Source: Candidatus Eiseniibacteriota bacterium (GTDB lineage: Bacteria > Orphanbacterota > Orphanbacteria > Orphanbacterales > Orphanbacteraceae). Taken from it: DNA of 32,638 nt. The stretch spans positions 1 to 32,638 of the forward strand of contig JBDROZ010000043.1 in assembly GCA_043809585.1 (NCBI GenBank). Reading direction: 5' to 3'. Shown in pieces: positions 22,858-32,482 of the stretch. A program made the position numbers and the translations under genes. The notes beneath the pieces are model-generated. The model worked only from the letters and a program-made list of their open reading frames with translations, was not told the DNA's origin and did no database searches. Numbering within the stretch: the stretch's first letter is position 1; every line of letters begins with the position of its first letter.

Positions 22858-25850
22858 TCATCTTCCCCCGGTTCTTCCTCCCCGTCCCGAGCCGCGAGGA
22901 CGACGCGGCAAAGATCGCGGAAGGGGCAGCCGAGACGGTCGCACACTTTGTCGTCCGCCGGCTGCACCGGGAACGATCCGCCGCGGATTTCTCCCACCGT
23001 CTCGAGGGAAACCTCGACCGCCCTCTCCAAGGTCAGCCGGAAGTCTTCGCCCGAGAGGGGGAGGGCGGCGTCGATCTCGTCCTTTCCTTCCGGCACGACC
23101 CCCTCCGGGGCGAGGGACTCGTCGAAGAACCCTCCCCGGCGGGCCTTCTTGACGGCCAGGAGCAGGGCCCCCGCGGGGCGCCGGCCGAGGGCCTCCCGGA
23201 CGGCCACGGCGTAAAGGGGGAGGGCGAGACTCCGCCCGTCGGCGAGCGCCCGTTCCACGTCCCGCCGGCCCCGGGCGGACCGTTTGTAGTCGATGACGAG
23301 GGCGAGGTCTTTGGGCCCGAAGTCGATTCGGTCGATCCTTCCCCGGATCCGAACGTCCGGGGCGAGGAAGACCGGCGCCCCTTCCGCCTCGCCGAAGTCG
23401 TACTCGAACGCCTCGACCCGCCAACCCCGGTTCCTCCGGAAGGCGCGGTCCTTTTCGAGAAGGGCGGTCAGGTTCTCCCGGAGTTCGGCGAGAAGGAGGC
23501 GGTGGCCGACCCGCTCCCCGAAAGCCCCCCGGGTTTCGGCCATGATCTTCTCGACCAGTTCCTCCGCCGTCCCCTCCCCCGCTTCCACCCCCTCGAGGAC
23601 CTTGTGGGCGACCTGTCCCTCGGCGAGGGCGTCGAGCCCGAACTCGGTGCTCCCCGGGGGCTCCCGGAGGCCGAGGAGGTAATGGGCGAAGTAGCGGTAG
23701 GGGCAGGCCCGGTAATCCTCCAGTTCGGAGATGGTGAACTCTTCCCGCCCCCGCTTCCACGCCGCGAAGAGAGCCGTCTCCCCGAGCCGGACCGGCTCCT
23801 TGAAATCCCGGGGCGGGGTGGGCACGGGGTAGGAAAGGGCGAGGAGAAGACGGGCCGCGAGGCCGACGCCGGCCCGGTCCCCTTCGGCGGGATCGGACCG
23901 GGAGGCGAGATAGGGGAGGAGATCATCCGGGACCACCACCGACGACGGGTCGGTGAAGCGTTCCACCGCGCCGCCGTCCCCCGGGGAGGCCTCCCCGAAC
24001 TCCATGCGGATCTCTTGACGGAACGGGGACTCGGACGACGCCCCGCCCCCCGGATCGAAGGTGGGCGCCGTCAGGATCACCCGTTCCGTCCCCCGCGAGT
24101 AAGCCCGGCGGAAGAGGTACCGCTCCTCGTCGGCGTGGGAGGCCCGGCCCGGAACCCGGAACTGGCCCCCGGAGCCGAGCTTCTCCCGGTCCGATTCGGT
24201 CCAGAAGGCTCCGGGCTGGTAAGGGCGGGGAACCAGGCTCGACTCGAGACCCGGTAGGAAGAGGACCGGCGCCCGGAGATTCTGGCCGTGGCGGTAGTCG
24301 TCGATTCGGACACCCCCCTTCCGGCCGGCGGCGTAGGTGACGCGGGTCCGGCGGATCTCCTCCTCCACGAGGCCGAAGAAGTCCCCCCCCCGCCCTCCGG
24401 CGAGAACCGGCTCCTCTTCCGCCGCCGCGGCGATCCCTTCGAGGAGATCGGCGAGCCGCGCCACCGCCGCGCCGACCAGGGCATCTTCCTCCGGGGGGAA
24501 TGCGCCTTCCCGGAGAGAGGGCTCGATCCACTCGATCCAGAATTCACGGAGCCGCCGCGCCCCCTCCGGCGGGGACGCCCCGCGGGCCTCCCGGGCGAAA
24601 CGGAGGAGCGGCTCGATCCGCTCCGTCGCGAAACCGGGCGTCTCCGCCGCGGTCTCCTCGAGAAGGGCCTCCGCCGAACCGGACGCCGGCTTCCCCTTCC
24701 AGGCGTTCACGACCCGGTCGGCGAGATCGGCGCCGGTGTCGAACATCCGGTTTTTCAGAATCCCCTCGACCGTCTCCCGGCACACCCCCTCCCGGAGAAC
24801 CCGCACGAGGTCGAGCAGGGACCGGCCGGGTGCCGTGGCCGCCGCCTCCGCCTGGAAGCGCCCTTCGAAAGGCACGCCGGCCCGGCGGAACGCCGACTCC
24901 GCCACCCGGCGGTAGGGGGTGACGTCCCGAAAGAGAACGAGAAAGTCCCGCGGCGAACGCCCGTCCTCGGCGATGGAGCATCGGATCGTCCGGGCGACCC
25001 GGTCCATCTCCTCCCGCCGGTCGGCCCCTCCGAAAAACTCGGGGGGGGGGAGATCGTATCCCCCCGGGAGGGAAACCTCCTCCACCGAGAATCGCTCGGT
25101 GATCGCCGAGAGGGCCCGTTTCAGAGCTCCCCCCGTCCACGCATCGTCGGGATTCGGATCGGGCAGGGTGATGACCGTCTCCCCCGCCCGGCCCGCGAGG
25201 GCTCCGAGCAGTTCGAGACGGGCGGCGGAGAAGTGGTGGAACCCGTCGACGAGGAGGAGGGGGGGCGGAGGGAACGGGGCCCGTCCCGACTCGATCGCCC
25301 GGGCCGCGAGAAGGGGAAGGCGGGCGGCCGAAAGGTATCCCCGCTCCTCCTCGGCCCCGAGAAAGACGTCGAGCGTATCGGCGAGAAGATCGAGGCGCCG
25401 GTCCGGCTCGGGAAGAGCGCCGAGAAGCGCCCGGACTTCCTTCGCACCGATGCCCGCCTCCCGGAGGTCGGCGACCCAACCGAGAAAAGCGGAACGGAAC
25501 CGGGGGGACCGGACCCGGGCGCCGATCTCGCGGGGCAGGCGGTCCTCAAGGGCGAGGAGGAGGAGGGACTCCGTTTCGGGGGAGGTCAGGCCCGAGCGGG
25601 GGACGCCGAGCACCCGGGCGGCCACATCCTCGAAAGTGAGGAGCCCCGTGTCGACGAAACCCCGCTCCCCGGCGCGGGCGGCGATGCGCCGCCGGAGTTC
25701 CGCCGCCCCCCCCCGGTCCGGGAGGAGGGCGAGAACGCCCCGTCCGGGGAGGTCCCCCCCCCCGGCGAGAAACCGATCGATGATCTGTTCGGTCTTGCCC
25801 GACCCGGGCCGGCCGGTGAGAAGCAGCGGCGTCCTAGGTTCCGGAGGCAT
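22854..25850 (-). CDS. addB: AddB-like helicase-nuclease subunit with Fe-S staple PD-(D/E)xK nuclease
   Basis: GRPGSGKT, degenerate VDGF, EERYLF, SELEDYRACPYRYF, GRIDRID..IDYK, C-terminal C..LGCPFRDLC. Confidence 0.88.
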   Translation of the reverse strand: MPPEPRTPLLLTGRPGSGKTEQIIDRFLAGGGDLPGRGVLALLPDRGGAAELRRRIAARAGERGFVDTGLLTFEDVAARVLGVPRSGLTSPETESLLLLALEDRLPREIGARVRSPRFRSAFLGWVADLREAGIGAKEVRALLGALPEPDRRLDLLADTLDVFLGAEEERGYLSAARLPLLAARAIESGRAPFPPPPLLLVDGFHHFSAARLELLGALAGRAGETVITLPDPNPDDAWTGGALKRALSAITERFSVEEVSLPGGYDLPPPEFFGGADRREEMDRVARTIRCSIAEDGRSPRDFLVLFRDVTPYRRVAESAFRRAGVPFEGRFQAEAAATAPGRSLLDLVRVLREGVCRETVEGILKNRMFDTGADLADRVVNAWKGKPASGSAEALLEETAAETPGFATERIEPLLRFAREARGASPPEGARRLREFWIEWIEPSLREGAFPPEEDALVGAAVARLADLLEGIAAAAEEEPVLAGGRGGDFFGLVEEEIRRTRVTYAAGRKGGVRIDDYRHGQNLRAPVLFLPGLESSLVPRPYQPGAFWTESDREKLGSGGQFRVPGRASHADEERYLFRRAYSRGTERVILTAPTFDPGGGASSESPFRQEIRMEFGEASPGDGGAVERFTDPSSVVVPDDLLPYLASRSDPAEGDRAGVGLAARLLLALSYPVPTPPRDFKEPVRLGETALFAAWKRGREEFTISELEDYRACPYRYFAHYLLGLREPPGSTEFGLDALAEGQVAHKVLEGVEAGEGTAEELVEKIMAETRGAFGERVGHRLLLAELRENLTALLEKDRAFRRNRGWRVEAFEYDFGEAEGAPVFLAPDVRIRGRIDRIDFGPKDLALVIDYKRSARGRRDVERALADGRSLALPLYAVAVREALGRRPAGALLLAVKKARRGGFFDESLAPEGVVPEGKDEIDAALPLSGEDFRLTLERAVEVSLETVGEIRGGSFPVQPADDKVCDRLGCPFRDLCRVVLAARDGEEEPGEDE

Positions 25851-26865
25851 CGTTCTCCGACGCGCCTCGGGGAAGGCCCTTGTAGTAGCGCCGTCCGATG
25901 GCGCCGGACGCCCACAGGTCGGTGAAGAGGGAGGCGTCGTTCCGGTCGGCTGCGATCGTCTCCCGGGCGTTCGCGAGCTTGGCGTCCAGATTGTCCAGGT
26001 TGTGGAGGAAGACCGCCTCCGCCGTCGCCGGCTCGACGGGGGCGCCGAACTCCTTCACGCCGTGATGGCTGAGGATCAGGTGCAGGACGAGCCGGCGCGT
26101 CTCCTCCGGAAATGTCGGGATCCCGTCCATGATCCGCTCCGCCCGGCGCGCGCCGAGATACACGTGCCCCTGCAGGGTCCCGTCCACCGTGTACTCCTCA
26201 CCCGCCCGGCGTCCGAGCTCTTCCGTCTTCCCCACGTCGTGGAGAAGGACGCCCGCGCGCACCAGGTCTCCGTCGAGCTCCGGGTAGTGGGGCAGGAGAA
26301 GCTCCGCCGCCCGGAGGAGGGAGAGGGTGTGCTCGATCAGGCCGTGCCGGTAGGCGTGGTGGAGCCGGGTCGCCGCCGGCGCTTCGGCGAAACGGGCGAA
26401 AAACTCGGGGTCCGCGAAGAAATCCTCGATCAGCCGGCGCAGGTCGGGATCCCGGAAGGAGGCGATGGCGGCTCCGAACTCCTCTTCCATCTCTCTCCGG
26501 GACCGGGGGCTCGCTTTCTCAAAGAGCGTCGGGTCCACTTCCTCTTCTTGGGAAGCCCGGAGCTTGTCCATGATGAGCTGGAGTTTCCCCTGGAACAGAT
26601 CGACCCGGCCGGAGACGCGGATCGAGTCCCCCACCTGAAAGAGTTCCGCGAATGCGTGGATCGTGTCCCCCGCCGAGTGGCGGGGCTGGAACATGCGCGC
26701 CGTGATCGTGCCGGTCTTGTCGCCGACGTCGAGGTCGAGATAGGGATCGCCGCTGCGGGAGGTCTTCACGCTCTTCCGGAAGACCCGGTAATGCTCGGTG
26801 ACCCGGTCCCCTTCTTTGAGGGTGTCGACGAACTGTCCGCGATGGGGAAAAGCTTCTTCGCTCAT
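25834..26865 (-). CDS. yhaM: YhaM/Cbf1-family 3'-5' exonuclease (OB fold + HD domain)
   Basis: PYL.L...DKTG.I.AR OB fold; APAA..HHAY..GL.EH, LHDVGK, GHV, HLILSHHG..E.GAP, LDNLDAK. Confidence 0.92.
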   Translation of the reverse strand: MSEEAFPHRGQFVDTLKEGDRVTEHYRVFRKSVKTSRSGDPYLDLDVGDKTGTITARMFQPRHSAGDTIHAFAELFQVGDSIRVSGRVDLFQGKLQLIMDKLRASQEEEVDPTLFEKASPRSRREMEEEFGAAIASFRDPDLRRLIEDFFADPEFFARFAEAPAATRLHHAYRHGLIEHTLSLLRAAELLLPHYPELDGDLVRAGVLLHDVGKTEELGRRAGEEYTVDGTLQGHVYLGARRAERIMDGIPTFPEETRRLVLHLILSHHGVKEFGAPVEPATAEAVFLHNLDNLDAKLANARETIAADRNDASLFTDLWASGAIGRRYYKGLPRGASENDASGT

Positions 26866-26883
26866 GGCTCTCCTCGGGGTCCG

Positions 26884-26952
26884 AGTATAGGGGGGCGCGC
26901 CGGGGGGGTCAAGGCGCGGCCCGTGGACGGGGCACGCCCGATCGCCTACACT
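26884..26952. promoter_or_regulatory. Divergent sigma70-type promoters (yhaM-addBA and PIG-L gene)
   Basis: Minus strand: TTGACC (26912-26907), 17 nt, TATACT (26889-26884). Plus strand: TGGACG (26924-26929), 17 nt, TACACT (26947-26952). Confidence 0.6.
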
Positions 26953-26993
26953 GGGCCGGGTCCGGACAGAAGGCCGGACGAGCGGAGGCCATC

Positions 26994-27779
26994 GTGAGAG
27001 AAGGATGCGACATTCTCGGCGTCTTCGCCCACCCCGATGACGAGTCGTACGGACCGGGGGGCGCCCTCGCCCGCTACGCCCTCGAAGGGGCCGCCGTGGA
27101 CCTGCTCGTCTTCACCTGCGGCGAGGCGGGGAGCATCGGCGTCTCGAAGGAACTTCCCCGGGACGAGCTCTGCCGGCGGCGGCGCGGGGAACTGGGGGAG
27201 GCGTGCGAGGCCCTCGGCGTCCGGGACTACCGGATCGTCGGCCTCCCGGACGGATCCGTCGGCGATACGACCGACGAGGAAGGGGCGCGGATCGTGCTCG
27301 GGGAGATCGAGGGCCGCCGCCCCCGGATCGTGATGACCTTTCACCGGGACGGCGTGTCCGGGCACCCCGACCACCGGGCGGTCACCCGGTTCGCCCGTGA
27401 GGCGTTCCGGCGGGCGGGCGGAGGGGGACCGCGGAAGCTTTACGAATGGGCCCTTCCCGAATCGAAGGTCTCCCTCTACAAGAAGGAGCGGCGCATCTTC
27501 GCCGCGCCCGAAGGCGAGATCACGACGACCATCCGTGTGCCCGGGGAGGCCATGGACCGGAAGCTCGAAGCGATCGCGCGGCACCGGACCCAGATCGAGT
27601 TCTATCACGAGCTGGTCCGCATCTTCGGCGATTACCGGGAGGCGACGGCAAGGGAATTCTTCGTGCTCCGCGAGAGCCGCATCGGATTCGACCACCTGCC
27701 GGAAGAGGACCTCTTCGAGGGGATGGGCCCGGAGGGGACGGGCACTCCGCGATGGGGCCGGGGGAAGGAGCTCGACTGA
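26994..27779 (+). CDS. PIG-L family deacetylase (BshB/MshB-like)
   Basis: VFAHPDDES, T.GEAG, R..EL..A...LG, G.SGHPDH, K..AI..HRTQ; SD GGAGG. Confidence 0.9.
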   Translation: MREGCDILGVFAHPDDESYGPGGALARYALEGAAVDLLVFTCGEAGSIGVSKELPRDELCRRRRGELGEACEALGVRDYRIVGLPDGSVGDTTDEEGARIVLGEIEGRRPRIVMTFHRDGVSGHPDHRAVTRFAREAFRRAGGGGPRKLYEWALPESKVSLYKKERRIFAAPEGEITTTIRVPGEAMDRKLEAIARHRTQIEFYHELVRIFGDYREATAREFFVLRESRIGFDHLPEEDLFEGMGPEGTGTPRWGRGKELD

Positions 27780-27814
27780 GACGGGGGAGAGCGTGCGGAG
27801 CGGCGGGGTCCTAA

Positions 27815-28002
27815 CCTTGATCTTTCATAAAATCTCGGCTCAAAACGCTGACGCTCGCATGATAGCAGGCCATCTGCGACAGGGCGCGGCATTCACCAAT
27901 GCTCACATATCGTTGGATATGCTCTGCTTGGTGAATGCGGCGCGCTGCCGCATCTGACGCACTCTCACGCGTTTGCTCTCGAGATTTCATGAAAGATCAA
28001 GG
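27815..28002. mobile_element. 188-bp fold-back MITE-like element
   Basis: 23-bp terminal inverted repeats (CCTTGATCTTTCAT[A/G]AAATCTCG, 22/23 identical); inner 25-bp arms ending in GCATTCACCAA/TTGGTGAATGC; central CATATC/GATATG. Lower GC, non-coding, between convergent genes. Confidence 0.8.
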
Positions 28003-28063
28003 CTGATCGTCAAGTGCCCTCATGCCATGCCGGGATCGGGGAACGGAATCTCCGACCCCGTTC

Positions 28064-31000
28064 TCATTCATCGAGGACGTCGCGGTAAGAGTTCAGTTTG
28101 CCCCTTCCGCCGCTCCGCATGAGGTAGTCCCGGACCCGGGCGACGATGTCCGGGTGGCGGTCGAATTGCGCGAGAAGCCGTGCGATCGTCTGTCTCTCCT
28201 TCTCCTCGTTCCCGGCGCTCCCGTAAAACTCGGCCAGGGCGAGATAGGCGCCGAAGTGCTTCGGTGTCGTGTTGATCACCGCCGTGAGCTCCCGTTCCAC
28301 TTTCTCCGCGTGCTGCGGCTCATGAAGACGCTCCCGGGCGTGCCGGAAGACCGAGTCCGCCCGTGCCCGCGTGAAGGGGATCGCGTACTTCTCGTCGAAC
28401 TCCTCCCGTTCGATCTTCCCGAGGAGAAGCTTGTTCTCGCCGAACTCGTACTTGGCGTAGATGTGGCTCGGGTTCACGCCCACCGACCGGGAGAGCCAGT
28501 TCTGGGATTCCTCCCATTGGCCCAGGTTCTTGTACGCCATGCCGAGGAAGAAATTGATGTCCCCCTTCCGGTCCTGGAGGCGGTCCTGGTCCTTTCCGAC
28601 GAGCAGGTCCTCGAGCCCCTCCTCGTGCCGTCCGAGACCGAGCCGCGCCTTGCCCCGGAGCACGCGGACCCACGATTCCCGGAGCCCGAGACCGAGGGCC
28701 TCGTTCATGAGATTCTCGCACTCTTCGAAATCCCGGACGGCAAAGGCGTAGTCCGCGAGTTGCCGGATGAGTGCGGCGTCCTCAGGGTCGGCGGCCCGGG
28801 CGGATCGAACCACCGCCATCGCCGAGTCGATGTCGTCCGCCTCGGTCTTCAGGAAATGGGCGTACAGGCTCGCCGCCGATCCGGCGGGACGGCGATGCCA
28901 GGCGCGGTCGGCGAAGAAGAGCCCCCCCGGACCGTACCCCTCCCGCCGGAAGGCCTCCGCCACCCCCTCCTCGAAGGCGGACCGCCTCTCCTCGGTCATG
29001 CCGCCGTAGGCGAGCACCCGGCCGTAATCGAGGTGCATTCCCCGGATCGCCGCGTCGGGAAACGGATTGCCCAGTTCGAAGAAGTGGGCCTCCGAGTCGA
29101 ACTCGACATGCCCGTTCCGGTCCGTGTTCTCCCGCGCCCCGGCGGCGAAGCGGTCCGCCGTTTCTCCGTCGAGCCGGAAGAGAGGGATCAGCTCGAAAGC
29201 GGAGCGGAGGCCGGCTTTCATCAGATCCGCCTGGGCGCTCTTGTTCTTCCACGCTTCGCGGAGACCGTCCGCTTCCAGGACGAGGGGGGCGTCGCTCCCG
29301 ATCAGGATGATCGCCTCCACGGCGCCCGCCCGGAACCCGACGGCGTGGGGGAAGGCGGCCCGGAAACCGCGCACCATCGACGCCAGGTGGTCTTCTCGAA
29401 TCCCGGGCAGATCCACGGCGGTCGCGAACAGTCCCCCCGGACGGAGCTGGGAGGCGGCGAGGAGAAAGAACTCGTCCGTGCCGAGCGACGACTCCTCCCG
29501 GTCCGAAGGAGGTGGCGGCGGCACGGCGATGATGTCGTACCGGGTCTCCTCGCCGGCGAGGACCCGCCGGGGATCCCCTTCCTCGAAGATCATCCGCCCG
29601 TCCTGCCACGGCTTGTCGTTCACCCGGGAGAAATGGCGCAGCGCTTCGAAGACCGCGGGCTCCGGTTCGACACAGCGCACGCTTCGAACCTCGGAGCGGA
29701 GCATGCTCCCCGCCGTGATGCCGGCCTCCGCCCCGGCGAGAAAGACGGTCTCCGCCTCCGGGCGGTAGAGCAGGGGAAGGCGGCCGAGAAGATTGTGGAG
29801 AGGCAGACGTTCACGGTCGGTGGCGACGATCCACCCGGCCGCGGAAACGTGCCGGGTCCCCGGCGCGCCGGACACCACCACGGTCTTCCGCCGGCCGTCC
29901 CGGTAGTAGGAAGGCAGGATGGCGTAGGTGCGGAGAAACTCGTCCTCCCCCATCTCCCCGTAGAGAGGGGCGAAGCGGTAGGGGCCGCTGCCCATGACCC
30001 CTCCCTTCCACCGGGGGGGATCGGCGGCCGAGACCACGAGCCCGAAGATCAGAAGGATCGCCGCGGCGGCCCGGACCGGCGCCCGACCGACCCGGCCCCC
30101 GACGAGAAGGACGAGCCCCGCCGAGATCACGAGGATCCCCACGCCGGCGAGAAGGCCGCGGATCCCGGCGGCGCCGATCAGGCAGGGGGCCAGGGCCAGC
30201 CCGAGGATGATCCCCGGCAGAGCGGCCGCCCCCGCGGCGAGAAGGGGGATCCGTCCCCCCCGGCGGAGCGAGCGGAGAAGGAGAAGGGCGAACCCGCCGC
30301 CGAAGAGGGCCGGCGGTCCGGCGGCAAGGCACGCGATCACCCACCGGGCCCCGGCGACTCTCGAAGGATCGGCCTTGGCCCCCCGGACCAGTTCCACGAA
30401 GTAATAGGGCAGGGCGGGGGCCGCGGCGAGGGCACCGAAGAGGGAGGCGCCGAGGAGGGCCGCGAAGAGCACCGCTCCGGCCGCCGGCCTCCGCCGTCCG
30501 ATGAGAAGACCCGCAAAGCCCCCGGCGAATAGGAAAGCGGCCGTGACGGAGAGGAAGAGGGCCGCCACCCGGAAGGTCGGGCCGAGAAGAAGGTCGAACG
30601 ACCGGAGCCCGGCGAAAAGCGCCGGCGGGAGGGCCGCTCCGCCGAGGAAGAGGGCGGCGAGAACCGGCGCCGCCGGCCCTTCGCCTCCGGCGGCCTCCTC
30701 TTCATCCTCCCCCCTCTCATTATCCCCCCCCCCTTCATCCCCCCCCCTCCCCCTGAGGAGAGAGGCGAGGATGAAGAGCGCCGCGGCGAGAATCGCCGCC
30801 GGACGAAACCGGCCTTCGGGAATCAGCCACTGCCCTCCCATCGGGAATCCGACCGCCGCTCCCGCCAGTCCGGCGAGCCAGGCGCCGGTGACGCCGCGAA
30901 CGCCCGATCGTTCGATGCCGGGGAGGAAGGCGCCGAGGGAGAAACCGGCCATCACGATCAAAAGGACGTAAAGGAGGAGCGGAAAGGAGTGGCCGGGCGG

Positions 31001-31291
31001 GAAGGCGCCCACGATTTCGAAGAAGAAGGCGAGGGTGAGGGCGAGAATGATCGGACGCCCCCGGAGAACCGGCCCGAACTTCTCGAGCCGTTTCGATCGG
31101 GCGGTCAGCCACGCGCCGAGAGCTCCGGCGAGCGCGAACGCGGCCGCCGTCCACCAGCCGTCGGCAGGATAGGCGCCGACCAAGACCCGGGAGACCCTCG
31201 CCGCCGCCAGGGCGAACAGGGCCCAGGCCGCTCCGGCGGTGAACGCGCCCGAGAGCGACGTCCCGCTCCGATTCCCCCTTCGATCTTCCAC
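28064..31291 (-). CDS. Multi-pass membrane protein fused to a degenerate spermidine-synthase/methyltransferase-like domain and TPR repeats
   Basis: GTG at 31291 has SD GGAGGAG (track start TTG 31324). Many TM helices, then YYRDG...V.V, G.LPLL..P, VRCVEPEPAV, GDPR, RYDII, DEFF.....L.PGG, NTD....EF, then TPRs. Confidence 0.8.
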   Translation of the reverse strand: MEDRRGNRSGTSLSGAFTAGAAWALFALAAARVSRVLVGAYPADGWWTAAAFALAGALGAWLTARSKRLEKFGPVLRGRPIILALTLAFFFEIVGAFPPGHSFPLLLYVLLIVMAGFSLGAFLPGIERSGVRGVTGAWLAGLAGAAVGFPMGGQWLIPEGRFRPAAILAAALFILASLLRGRGGDEGGGDNERGEDEEEAAGGEGPAAPVLAALFLGGAALPPALFAGLRSFDLLLGPTFRVAALFLSVTAAFLFAGGFAGLLIGRRRPAAGAVLFAALLGASLFGALAAAPALPYYFVELVRGAKADPSRVAGARWVIACLAAGPPALFGGGFALLLLRSLRRGGRIPLLAAGAAALPGIILGLALAPCLIGAAGIRGLLAGVGILVISAGLVLLVGGRVGRAPVRAAAAILLIFGLVVSAADPPRWKGGVMGSGPYRFAPLYGEMGEDEFLRTYAILPSYYRDGRRKTVVVSGAPGTRHVSAAGWIVATDRERLPLHNLLGRLPLLYRPEAETVFLAGAEAGITAGSMLRSEVRSVRCVEPEPAVFEALRHFSRVNDKPWQDGRMIFEEGDPRRVLAGEETRYDIIAVPPPPPSDREESSLGTDEFFLLAASQLRPGGLFATAVDLPGIREDHLASMVRGFRAAFPHAVGFRAGAVEAIILIGSDAPLVLEADGLREAWKNKSAQADLMKAGLRSAFELIPLFRLDGETADRFAAGARENTDRNGHVEFDSEAHFFELGNPFPDAAIRGMHLDYGRVLAYGGMTEERRSAFEEGVAEAFRREGYGPGGLFFADRAWHRRPAGSAASLYAHFLKTEADDIDSAMAVVRSARAADPEDAALIRQLADYAFAVRDFEECENLMNEALGLGLRESWVRVLRGKARLGLGRHEEGLEDLLVGKDQDRLQDRKGDINFFLGMAYKNLGQWEESQNWLSRSVGVNPSHIYAKYEFGENKLLLGKIEREEFDEKYAIPFTRARADSVFRHARERLHEPQHAEKVERELTAVINTTPKHFGAYLALAEFYGSAGNEEKERQTIARLLAQFDRHPDIVARVRDYLMRSGGRGKLNSYRDVLDE

Positions 31292-31428
31292 GCTCTCCTC
31301 CCGCGCCGAGATGGTCCTTGCCAATTCCGACCCCGGGGACTACCATTCCCGGGGTGTTCGAGAGTGGAAGAAGAGTCTACCAAGGCGTCCGCGGGCGCTC
31401 AACATCCGCGGTAAGGGAAGCTACCGTA

Positions 31429-31884
31429 TTGAAGATCGCCGATCTCATCGACGCGCGCTCCATCACGATTGTCCCGAAGGCGAAGAAGAAGCTGGACCTG
31501 ATCAAGGACATGGTGGAGATCCTCTCCCGGACGGAGCGTTTGCTCTCGCCCAAGAGGGTCCTCGCCGACGTGATCGAGAGGGAGAAGGAGAAGGGGACCG
31601 GTCTCGAGCAGGGGGTCGCCGTGCCCCATTGCCGGAGCGAAGGGACCGAGAGTCTCGCCGCCGCTTTCGCCCTCGTGCCGGGGGGCGTCGACTTCGGCGC
31701 TCTCGACGGGGGGCCGAGCCGTTTCGTCTTCCTTCTCATCTCGCCGAAGAACGCCACGACCATGCACGTGCAGGCCCTCGCCACCATGGCCCGGGTGCTG
31801 AAGCAGGACTCCGTGCAGGAAGCGCTCCTCGCCGCGAAGACCCCGCAGGAGATCGAGAAGATCCTCACGGAGGCCCGGGTGTGA
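31429..31884 (+). CDS. PTS sugar transporter subunit IIA (PtsN/EIIA-Ntr-like)
   Basis: TTG start after AAGGGAAG; ERE...TG...GVAVPHCR phospho-His motif, GVDFGALDG.P, H...LA..AR. Confidence 0.9.
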   Translation: MKIADLIDARSITIVPKAKKKLDLIKDMVEILSRTERLLSPKRVLADVIEREKEKGTGLEQGVAVPHCRSEGTESLAAAFALVPGGVDFGALDGGPSRFVFLLISPKNATTMHVQALATMARVLKQDSVQEALLAAKTPQEIEKILTEARV

Positions 31885-32482
31885 ACCGCTACGATCCCCA
31901 TGATTTTTTTTTAGGAAGGCGAAGAGGGAAGGCCACGCCGCCCGCTCGGTCTACAAGCTCCAGGAAATCGACAAGAAGCACCGTCTGATCCGGAAGGGGG
32001 CGAAGGTGCTCGATCTCGGCTGCGCCCCCGGGTCGTGGCTCGAGTACGTCTCCCGCCGCGTGGGACCGCACGGATTCGTCCTCGGCGTAGACCTCTCCGA
32101 AGTGCGCGCCTCCCTTCCCCCCTGGGTGGAAACGATCACCGCCGACATCTACGATCTCGAACCGGAGTCCATTCTCGAGCGGTCCGGCGGCGGATTCCAC
32201 GCGGTCCTTTCCGATGCCGCCCCGAAGACAACGGGCGTTCCCTTCGCCGACCACGCCCGCTCCGTGGAGCTTTCCCGACGCACCCTCGAGATCGCCCTCC
32301 GGGTTCTCCGACCCGGCGGCGCCTGGGTGTGCAAGGTCTTCCAGGGGGAGGACCTCCCCCCCTTCCGGACGGAAGCCCGGAAGCGCTTCCGCAGGCTCGC
32401 GGAAGAGAAGCCGAGGAGCTCCCGGGACCGGAGCGTGGAGATCTTTCTGGTCGGGATCGGCCTGATTCGGGAAGAGGGCTAG
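31881..32482 (+). CDS. rlmE: 23S rRNA Um2552 methyltransferase RlmE/FtsJ, interrupted by a -1 frameshift at T9 (31904-31912)
   Basis: GTGA overlap start at 31881 (VNRYDPHDFF); continues in the -1 frame RKAKREGHAARSVYKLQEID..VLDLGCAPGSW..GVDL..LSDAAP..G....D..KVF..KP.SSR..S.E. Confidence 0.88.

Noticed and set aside
19531-25850. Cas4 or anti-phage helicase-nuclease system
   Set aside because: The architecture and gene pairing fit housekeeping AddAB; the four-Cys nuclease fold is shared with Cas4, but there is no CRISPR or defence context.
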